Shown here piece after piece: positions 47,192 to 54,303 of a stretch of DNA of 54,303 bases. Source of the stretch: Dehalococcoidia bacterium (GTDB taxonomy: Bacteria > Chloroflexota > Dehalococcoidia > Bin125). The notes under the pieces are model-generated. The model did no database searches, had not been told where the DNA came from, and saw only the letters and a list, made by a program, of their open reading frames with translations. The position numbers were made by a program, and so were the translations under genes. The stretch is from positions 1 through 54,303 of the forward strand of contig JAJDZG010000083.1 in assembly GCA_022824765.1 (NCBI GenBank), in the 5' to 3' direction. How positions within the stretch are numbered: the stretch's first letter is position 1; each line of letters opens with the position of its first letter.

Positions 47192-48181
47192 CTAGAACGG
47201 GCGGCCGATGTCCTCACCGATCTTCCGCAGACGCTCCACTCGCTGCTCCGTTGGCGGGTGCGTCGAGAAGAATCGACCCGCGCCGCCTGCTAGCGGATTC
47301 ACGATGAACATATGGTTCGCCGCTTCGGCCGTTTTCATCTCTTCGGCCGCGTAGCGCGATTCAGGCGTGCGGACGCCTTGCTCCATCTTCATCAGCGCGT
47401 AGGCGAGGGCTTCCGGATCTCCGCAGCGTCGCGCTCCCGTGTCGTCGGCCTTCAGCTCCCGCTGTCGACTCACCGCCGTCTGAATCAGCATCGCAATGAA
47501 CGGCGCGATGATCGCCACGATCAGCGCACCGGCGAGGTGTCCCGCGCCGCCGCCGTTGTCATCTCGTCCCCCGACGCCGCCGAACATGAACCCGATGATC
47601 AGCACCCACTGGGCCAACATCGCGACGAAGCTGATGACCATCGCCATCGAAGCAACGATTGTCGACCAGAGCGTGTCACGGTTGGTGATGTGCGCCAACT
47701 CGTGCGCCATCACTCCGGCCAACTCTCGCTGCGTCAACAGCCCCATGATCCCGGTCGTCGCCGCCACGGCCGAATGCTTCGGATGCCGACCCGTTGCGAA
47801 CGCATTGGGGATCGGCGTGTCGATCACAAAGACGTCAGGAATGTGACGCGGACAGTCGCCGGCGCGGCAATGTCCCGAGCAGCGAGCTTCCAGGTGTTCG
47901 AGCGTGAACTGCTCCAGCAGCTCAGGCTTGAAAGGCATCTTCGCCTGGCAGGCCGCGCGCTCGACGATGCGGTACAGCTCAGGCGCCTCCTTGACCGTGA
48001 CCAGCTGGCCGCCCATCAACTTGGGCACCATCGAATGCGAGTTGAAGTAGCTGTAGAAGTTGATCCCAACCGCGATGACGAACATCACAATCAGACCAAC
48101 CTCGCCCGCGACGGCAAAGCCCGCGACCATCATCAGGCCGGCCATCAGCACGACCAGGAACATTGTCCGTAGTCCGTACAC
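47192..48181 (-). CDS. htpX: HtpX-family M48 zinc metalloprotease
   Basis: GAGGAGG RBS; PNAFATGR, HELAH, SRQRELKAD, FSTHPP. Confidence 0.9.
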   Translation of the reverse strand: MYGLRTMFLVVLMAGLMMVAGFAVAGEVGLIVMFVIAVGINFYSYFNSHSMVPKLMGGQLVTVKEAPELYRIVERAACQAKMPFKPELLEQFTLEHLEARCSGHCRAGDCPRHIPDVFVIDTPIPNAFATGRHPKHSAVAATTGIMGLLTQRELAGVMAHELAHITNRDTLWSTIVASMAMVISFVAMLAQWVLIIGFMFGGVGGRDDNGGGAGHLAGALIVAIIAPFIAMLIQTAVSRQRELKADDTGARRCGDPEALAYALMKMEQGVRTPESRYAAEEMKTAEAANHMFIVNPLAGGAGRFFSTHPPTEQRVERLRKIGEDIGRPF

Positions 48182-48276
48182 GATGCGCCTCCTCAGTCCG
48201 TCAGGTGCGAGAGTCCCGTGAAGATCGTACCATCGGACGAGAGCCGTCGGACGGACGGCGCCGTCAGGAGCCCGAC

Positions 48277-48573
48277 ATGCCGATCTACGAATACGCCTGC
48301 CGAACCTGCGGCGCCGAGTGGGAACACTTCACGCGCAAGATGGACGCGCCGCCGCCCGCCTGCGAGGCCTGCGACTCCGGCGGTCCGGTGGAGCGCCTGA
48401 TCGCCCGCTCAGCATTCATCAAAGACGAGAACACCAAGATGGCCGAGATGCATCCCAAGTACGCCAAAATGGTCGACGCGGCCTGGGAAAAGTCGTCGCG
48501 CAACGATCCACTCAGCAGGACGCGCTTCGCGCCGCTCGTGGACTCGGGCAAGCGCGTCCAGGACATGACCTAA
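48277..48573 (+). CDS. FmdB-family zinc-ribbon protein
   Basis: AGGAG RBS; MPIYEYACRTCG...CEAC. Confidence 0.85.
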   Translation: MPIYEYACRTCGAEWEHFTRKMDAPPPACEACDSGGPVERLIARSAFIKDENTKMAEMHPKYAKMVDAAWEKSSRNDPLSRTRFAPLVDSGKRVQDMT

Positions 48574-48591
48574 GACATCCGTCCCGACCGC

Positions 48592-49536
48592 TCACTCCGT
48601 CTCGACCCGCTCGAACGATGCGCCAGCCTCAACGCCGTGGGCCGACGCCCACTCGTGCGCATCCTGACGGTCCCGACCCACGGCCAGTGTGCTCACACGG
48701 ATCGACCCTCCGTCGCCGCAGGTAATGGTCATGCCGGACTCATCGATCGACGCCACCTGGCCAGCGCCATCGCCGGAATGGTTGGCCCGCGTCGAACCGA
48801 GCAGGGTAACCCTGTTGCCGTTGATCGTGCTCCATGCGCCCGGCGCGCGGTCGGAGCCGCGGATGAAGTTGTGCACCGCATGAGCATCCTGCGACCAGTC
48901 GATCTGCGCGACGTCGCCCTCCCAGGGACCCTCATAAGTCATGTCGTCCTCGTTCTGGACATGGCGCGGCGCCTGCCCCGCCGCAACGAGACTCACCGCC
49001 TCTGACATCGTCTCGACGCCCAGCGGAAAGAGATGCTCGCGGTAGACCTCGTTGATTGTCGCATCAGGACCGATCGGGCACGACCGCTGAAGCAGGATCG
49101 GGCCGGTGTCCAGCCCCTCGTCGACCCAGAAGATGGTGACGCCCGTCATCGTGTCGCCCTGCAGGATCGAGTGGTTGATCGCCGATCGGCCGCGGTGCTT
49201 TGGCAGAATCGATGGGTGGTACTGAATCGTCTTGCGTGGCGGGAACTCGAGCACCCGCGAGGGGATGATCTGGGTCACGAACGCCATCACGTTCAGCTCC
49301 GGCTGCGTCGCCTCGTACTGGGCCATGACCTCCTCGTCGACCACGCCGCGACGCTGCCAGCGGCGCGGCTGGACGAGCGTGATGCCGGCCTCGCGGGCCG
49401 CCTGGGCCAGCGGATCGGGGCGGCCGCCTGCTTGCTCCGGCGGCGTGAACACCCCGCATATCTCATGACCATCGGCAAGCAGCCGTTCAAAGATCGCGGC
49501 GCCGAATGGGGCCTGACCAATCAGGGCGATGCGCAT
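48592..49536 (-). CDS. Formyltransferase-fold protein most similar to the 10-formyl-THF hydrolase domain of ALDH1L1/FDH
   Basis: MRIALIGQ, GVFTPP, DPLA, ELNVM, YHPSILPKHRG, SAIN, IFWVDEGLDTG, LFPLG, HNFIRGSDRAPGAW. Confidence 0.8.
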   Translation of the reverse strand: MRIALIGQAPFGAAIFERLLADGHEICGVFTPPEQAGGRPDPLAQAAREAGITLVQPRRWQRRGVVDEEVMAQYEATQPELNVMAFVTQIIPSRVLEFPPRKTIQYHPSILPKHRGRSAINHSILQGDTMTGVTIFWVDEGLDTGPILLQRSCPIGPDATINEVYREHLFPLGVETMSEAVSLVAAGQAPRHVQNEDDMTYEGPWEGDVAQIDWSQDAHAVHNFIRGSDRAPGAWSTINGNRVTLLGSTRANHSGDGAGQVASIDESGMTITCGDGGSIRVSTLAVGRDRQDAHEWASAHGVEAGASFERVETE

Positions 49537-49562
49537 GGCGGCAACCTCTCATCCTCTCCGCG

Positions 49563-50033
49563 TCAGCTCGACGCGCGCCAGATTCTCGGCAGTTTGTCGG
49601 CAATGATGTCCTTGAACGTCGTGATCGAGACCCGCCTCACCCTGATCTTGATCAGCGCCGGCGGACGCAGGTCCGGACCGAAGAAGTCGTCCACGACGTA
49701 GGGGAAGTACGGAGCAATCTCAACGATCTTCTCCACGTCGTACGAGATCTCCGCGCGACCAGCCAGATTCAGGTGGCGGAAGTCGGCGGTCCAGTGCAAC
49801 AGCTCGACGCGGTCGTTGCTCTCAATCTGATCGACCTTCGGCGCCCCCTGCGACGTGAGCACATAGGCGTCCAGGCCGACATAGGCAGGCGTGACCGGCC
49901 GCACGTGCGGTTGCGCTCCGTGCGCCGTGGCGAGCAGCGCAATCGGCGCCGCACGGATCACATCCAACGCCTCCGGCCAGAAGTCCGGCACGTCCAGCGA
50001 CAGAGCATCGGGTTGGTCCTGCTGCTGCGTCAC
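49563..50033 (-). CDS. Pyridoxamine 5'-phosphate oxidase-like split-barrel flavin/F420-binding protein
   Basis: GGAGGAG RBS; LLATA, PHVRPV, KVDQIESNDRVEL, GRAE. Confidence 0.75.
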   Translation of the reverse strand: MTQQQDQPDALSLDVPDFWPEALDVIRAAPIALLATAHGAQPHVRPVTPAYVGLDAYVLTSQGAPKVDQIESNDRVELLHWTADFRHLNLAGRAEISYDVEKIVEIAPYFPYVVDDFFGPDLRPPALIKIRVRRVSITTFKDIIADKLPRIWRASS

Positions 50034-50090
50034 GTCTCCTCCATGCCGGCCGCGCGGGCCCGATGACCGTCCTTGACCGCAGGGTAACGG

Positions 50091-50825
50091 CTACTCTTCT
50101 GTCCGCGCAGCGGACGGATCGACTTCGCGGATGCCGCCGTCGCGCATCAGGAACAGGCGGTTGGCGCGCCGCGCGATCTCCAGATTGTGCGTGACCATCA
50201 CGATCGTCTGCCCCGCTCGGTTGAGCTCCTCCAACAGCGACACGATCTCGCGGCCGGTCTGAGAGTCGAGGTTGCCCGTCGGCTCGTCCGCCAGGATCAC
50301 ATCCGGATCGTTGGCCAGCGCCCGCGCAATCGCGACGCGCTGGCGTTCCCCGCCCGAGAGCTGCAACGGGCGATGCTCCAACCGCTCAGCGAGGCCCACG
50401 GCGCTCAGCAAGTCCTCCGCCCGTTCGCGGCGCTGGCGGCGCGGCACCCCAGCCAACGCCAGCGCGATCTCCACATTCTGCCGAGCGGTCAGCATCTGCA
50501 ACAGGTTGAAGGCCTGGAACACAAATCCCAACGTGCGCAGTCTGAGCGCCGCCCGCTGCTCCCCACCAAGCTCTTCTGCCGAGCGGTCGCGTACCCGCAC
50601 CTCGCCCCGAGTCGGCGAGTCGACCAGTCCCAGCAGCTGCAACAGCGTCGATTTGCCAGACCCGGACGGCCCCGCGATGGCGATGAAGTCGCCTTGATGA
50701 ATCTCGAGGTCCAGCGGTCGCAGCGCGTGGATGGTCTGTTCGCCCAGGCGGTACACGCGCTCGAGACTCCGCACTGAGATCAGTGGTGCTCGCGTCGCCT
50801 TCGAGGTTTGACTCGCGTCGGTCAT
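50091..50825 (-). CDS. ABC transporter ATP-binding protein (LolD/MacB type)
   Basis: [38 protein letters not shown]; ATG 50825 overlaps the permease stop. Confidence 0.95.
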   Translation of the reverse strand: MTDASQTSKATRAPLISVRSLERVYRLGEQTIHALRPLDLEIHQGDFIAIAGPSGSGKSTLLQLLGLVDSPTRGEVRVRDRSAEELGGEQRAALRLRTLGFVFQAFNLLQMLTARQNVEIALALAGVPRRQRRERAEDLLSAVGLAERLEHRPLQLSGGERQRVAIARALANDPDVILADEPTGNLDSQTGREIVSLLEELNRAGQTIVMVTHNLEIARRANRLFLMRDGGIREVDPSAARTEE

Positions 50826-52033
50826 TCGTAACGCAGCGCAATGATCGGATCGACCTGCACGGCGCGATACGCCGGCATTAGCGCGGCGATCATCGAGCAG
50901 ACGCTGAGAATCCCAGCCGCGCCCCACTCAATCTTGCCCGAACGCAAACCCACCGCGTCCGAGCCCAGCGCCTGCCGAATCACGACCCGTGACATCGGCA
51001 CGCCGACCAACGAGCCTGCCAGCGCGAATCCAGCCGACTCGGCCAAGATCAGCGAGAGCAGTGAGCGCCTCGATGCGCCAATCGCTCGCAGCGTGCCCAG
51101 CTCCCGCGTCCGTTCCAGCACCGAGACGAACATCACGATCGCGATCAACAGCGCAGCGACGGAAACGGACGTCCAGCGCACCACATCGAACAACTGGTTG
51201 ACGCGGTCAAGCAGCTTGCGCGCATTCTCGGCCAGCTGCTTGTCCGAGATCACCATCAGTTCCGCATGGCTGGACTCGATCGTCATCTGCAGCGGCTCGA
51301 TATCGGACGCCCGCTTCGGTGACACCAGCATGGCGGTCACCGAGCGCGGCGACTGCAACACGCATTGCGCGTCTTGCAGCGGCACCATCACCGCTGAACG
51401 CAGCAGCTGGTTCGTCTCCGGCTCGATGATGCCCTGCACCTCGAACTCCTGACCTCGGACCGAAATCATGCTGCCCAGCGCCGCTAGCTCAATCGGTCCC
51501 ACCGGCGACGGCACTTCCGTGGTCATCGACGCCACCGGCGCGAAGTGACGCGCCGCGAGCACGCCGAGAATCGCCGGCGGCGCGCTCGCAGCGCCGTTCC
51601 GACTCGGAAAGTCGCAGCGTCCCGCGGCAGGAGTGGCACCGTTGAGGAACACGTCCTCTTTGCCTTCCTCTATCCCCACCAACAGCGCCTCAGGCGGCGC
51701 AGTTGGATACGGAGGCGGCGCCAGCGCCGCAAACGATATCTTCGTCGAACGCGCCTGATCGACCGCCGGATCGCCAAGCACCTGGTCCGCTTCCTCAATC
51801 GAGATGGTCGAGGAGATCGGCGGCCATTCAATCCCCGACAGCCCCGCCAGTCCACGCGATTGCACGAACAGCACACCCGTGAATCGCTGTACCTGCAAGT
51901 CGAGGTCATCGGTGATGAACCGCATCACCGTCGTCACCACGATGTAGAGGTTGACGCAGACCCCGAAGCCCAGCACGGTCAGCGCGCTGCGCAGCTTCTT
52001 CGTCAGCAACTGCTGAATCGCCAATGTGAGCAT
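50822..52033 (-). CDS. ABC transporter permease (MacB/FtsX type)
   Basis: KKLRSALTVLG, large extracytoplasmic domain, [34 protein letters not shown]. Confidence 0.93.
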   Translation of the reverse strand: MLTLAIQQLLTKKLRSALTVLGFGVCVNLYIVVTTVMRFITDDLDLQVQRFTGVLFVQSRGLAGLSGIEWPPISSTISIEEADQVLGDPAVDQARSTKISFAALAPPPYPTAPPEALLVGIEEGKEDVFLNGATPAAGRCDFPSRNGAASAPPAILGVLAARHFAPVASMTTEVPSPVGPIELAALGSMISVRGQEFEVQGIIEPETNQLLRSAVMVPLQDAQCVLQSPRSVTAMLVSPKRASDIEPLQMTIESSHAELMVISDKQLAENARKLLDRVNQLFDVVRWTSVSVAALLIAIVMFVSVLERTRELGTLRAIGASRRSLLSLILAESAGFALAGSLVGVPMSRVVIRQALGSDAVGLRSGKIEWGAAGILSVCSMIAALMPAYRAVQVDPIIALRYE

Positions 52034-52072
52034 TGGAAACAGCGTACCGCCAGCCGGCGACCGTGCTTCAGA

Positions 52073-52912
52073 TCAGCTGCCGACGAAAATGCCGCCGTCA
52101 GGGTGCAGAATCTGTCCCGTGATGTATCCCGCCTGGTCGCTGAGCAGGAAGAGCGCAGACTCCGCGATGTCCGCGGGTTCACCGAGTCGATTCAGCGGGA
52201 TCGCCTCGATCCGTCGCTGCCGGCGCTCCTCGTCCGACGTGACGGCCAGCGTCATCGGTGTGTCGATCAGTCCTGGCGCAACCGTGTTGACCCGAATCTG
52301 ATGCGCAGCCAGCTCCAGCGCCAGCACGCGCGTCAGCATCCACACACCAGTCTTGGAAACGCAGTAGTCGGCCATCCCCCGGATCGGCGCCTTCGCCGCG
52401 CCCGACGAAATGTTGACAATCGAGCCCCCATCCCCCTGCTCAATCATCCGACGCGCCACTGCCCGATTCGTCAGCATCACACCCGTCAGATTGACGGCGA
52501 GGACCTTCTCCCAATACTCGACCGGCTTCTCCAGCACGTGACGGCCGCGTCCGCCGAGCAGCGGCTCGCCCTCCGTAACCTCACCCGACACATAGCCGGC
52601 GTGCGAAATGCCCGCCGCCGCGATGCACAGGTCCAGCCGTCCGAAGTGATCAATCGCCGCCTGCGCCATGGCCTCACACTCCGCCTCGCGCGTGACATCG
52701 ACGCCGACATAGATCGACTCACCACCAGCAGCCTCGACGAGCGAGACCGTCTCAGCGCCGCGCTCATCGTCGGCCAATCCAGCGACAACCACCGACGCGC
52801 CCTCGCGCCCCAGCCGAATCGACGCCTCGCGTCCCATCCCACTGGCGCCGCCAGTCACCACCGCGACCTTGCCCTGGAAGCGATCCAACGATTCTGCGGG
52901 TGGCAACGGCAT
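52073..52912 (-). CDS. Short-chain dehydrogenase/reductase
   Basis: AAGGAG RBS before ATG 52912; TGGASGMG, AAG, NISS, YCVSK, PG, DGG. Confidence 0.93.
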   Translation of the reverse strand: MPLPPAESLDRFQGKVAVVTGGASGMGREASIRLGREGASVVVAGLADDERGAETVSLVEAAGGESIYVGVDVTREAECEAMAQAAIDHFGRLDLCIAAAGISHAGYVSGEVTEGEPLLGGRGRHVLEKPVEYWEKVLAVNLTGVMLTNRAVARRMIEQGDGGSIVNISSGAAKAPIRGMADYCVSKTGVWMLTRVLALELAAHQIRVNTVAPGLIDTPMTLAVTSDEERRQRRIEAIPLNRLGEPADIAESALFLLSDQAGYITGQILHPDGGIFVGS

Positions 52913-53032
52913 GGTTCGACTCCTTGCAGGCAGCTCAGCTTGACCGAGACGGCAACTCCACGCCAAAGATACCCCGCCAGCCTCGCTGTCCTCCAATCTG
53001 CCGCCCGGCACCACCGCGCGAAGTGGCATTGA

Positions 53033-53560
53033 CCACGCATCGCGCTGGCCATAGGCTCCGTCTTCAGTTTGGCAACGAACTCGTCCCCTGCCAGGAAGCG
53101 GACCGTGCGAATGGCCGCCCAAGCCATGAGGAGAGACCCATGCGACGAGTAGGGTGGTCGAGACGTCAGTGTGGTTGTCGAGAACTGCTCACCTCTGCGA
53201 CCCTTGGACTTCGGCCAGCCTGTCAGTGTCAGTATCCCGTTTGCGGACGTCTACGACGATGAGCCGACCACTCCTGTACCCTCGACTTCTGAAGTAACAA
53301 TCACTGGACGCGACGAGAACGCTGAGTTCTTTACTCTCTCCGCTGGCAATTGGTTGGCAACATTAACCTCGCGCCCTTGGTGCTCGATGCGCTTCGACGG
53401 AGGAGTGCCGTACGGAAAAGTTGGAGGTCTCAGCGGTAGATCGCGCGACGCGAATCAGGTGACGCGAACTTCTGTAGTCGAGTCCAATGGAGGCATCTCG
53501 TGGACTGATCCAAACGGTTGTGACGGGAGTTGGACTATAACGTTCACTCCGGTCAACTGA
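53033..53560 (+). pseudogene. Probable remnant of a secreted beta-rich protein
   Basis: ORF 53171-53560 continues upstream in frame through a TAG at 53150-53152 to a signal-like IALAIGSVFSLATNSSPA; the region is visibly more AT-rich. Confidence 0.4.
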
Positions 53561-53591
53561 AGCAGGTCAAGAAGTCTCCTCCAATGAGAGC

Positions 53592-54303
53592 TCAGCCCGT
53601 GAACAGACCACCGTCCGGATGCAGAATCTGGCCCGTGATGTAGCCCGCGTGGTCGCTCAACAGGAACAGCGACGCCTCCGCGATGTCCGCCGCCTCGCCA
53701 AGTCGTCCAAGCGGCACAAACCGCTCAAACGCCGCGCGACGCTCCTCATCCTGCGACAGCGCGAGCGCCATCGGCGTGTCAATCACGCCCGGCGCCACCG
53801 TGTTAACCCGGATGTCGTGCGGCGCCAACTCCTGCGCGAGCACTCGCGTCAACATCCAGACACCTGTCTTCGATACCGAGTACTCGGCCGATCCCGGCAT
53901 CGGAATCTTGGCCGCGCCCGACGAGATGTTGACAATCGAGCCGCCATCGCCCTGCTCAATCATCCGACGCGCCACCGACCGATTCGTCAGCATCACGCCG
54001 GTCAGATTGACCGAGAGCACCTTCTCCCACAACTCCACCGGCTTGTTGATCAGAAATCCATCGCGCCGATCAGCGGCCAGCTCGCGATCAGAGACCTCGC
54101 CTGAGACGTAATCGGCGTGCAGGATTCCTGCCGCGGCAATGCACAGGTCGATCCGGCCGAACGCATCAACGGCCGCCTGCGCCGCCGCATTGCAGTCTGG
54201 CTCGCGCGAGACATCGGCGCCGACATAGATCGCCCGGCCGCCGTCGTCCCTAATCTGTTGGACGACCTCCCCGCCGCGCGGATCGTCGGGCAATCCGACG
54301 ACC
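53592..54303 (-). CDS. Short-chain dehydrogenase/reductase, paralogue of 52073-52912 (start lies beyond the window)
   Basis: LCIAAAGI, NISSGAAK, YSVSK, GQILHPDGG; long near-identical stretches shared with the neighbouring SDR. Confidence 0.93.
   Translation of the reverse strand, partial: VVGLPDDPRGGEVVQQIRDDGGRAIYVGADVSREPDCNAAAQAAVDAFGRIDLCIAAAGILHADYVSGEVSDRELAADRRDGFLINKPVELWEKVLSVNLTGVMLTNRSVARRMIEQGDGGSIVNISSGAAKIPMPGSAEYSVSKTGVWMLTRVLAQELAPHDIRVNTVAPGVIDTPMALALSQDEERRAAFERFVPLGRLGEAADIAEASLFLLSDHAGYITGQILHPDGGLFTG

Overview
High-GC (roughly two-thirds by eye), gene-dense bacterial chromosomal segment. Its content (F420 genes cofC/cofD, class II RNR, many CoA-transferases, SDRs and hydrolases) suggests Chloroflexota/Dehalococcoidia; this is an inference. 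It carries lipA/lipB with a divergent aceE-aceF-lpdA-folP run, a CnoX-like thioredoxin, cofC/cofD, three tandem zinc-ribbon RDD genes, nrdJ divergent from a core-MetE-like gene, and a long acyl-CoA/lipid catabolism region with many tandem paralogue pairs. The standout is a probable selenium-dependent redox system at 9752-13173, possibly extending to 15216. The ORF track splits a 176-aa protein at an in-frame TGA (11671-11673) that reads ...ALAD-U-GSCTTC... and is followed by a SECIS-like hairpin. This gene lies between two paralogues of an uncharacterised 'TDG(L/F)PVVPPT' domain, one fused to a CxxC redoxin. Also notable: an unannotated small transcript with its own promoter, 21-aa ORF and terminator (28770-28940), an ALDH1L1-like stand-alone formyl-THF hydrolase, a channel with an altered filter, and an HtpX with a Cys-rich insert. 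No rRNA, tRNA, CRISPR array or transposase was recognised. All family assignments come from motif recognition by eye; no searches were run.
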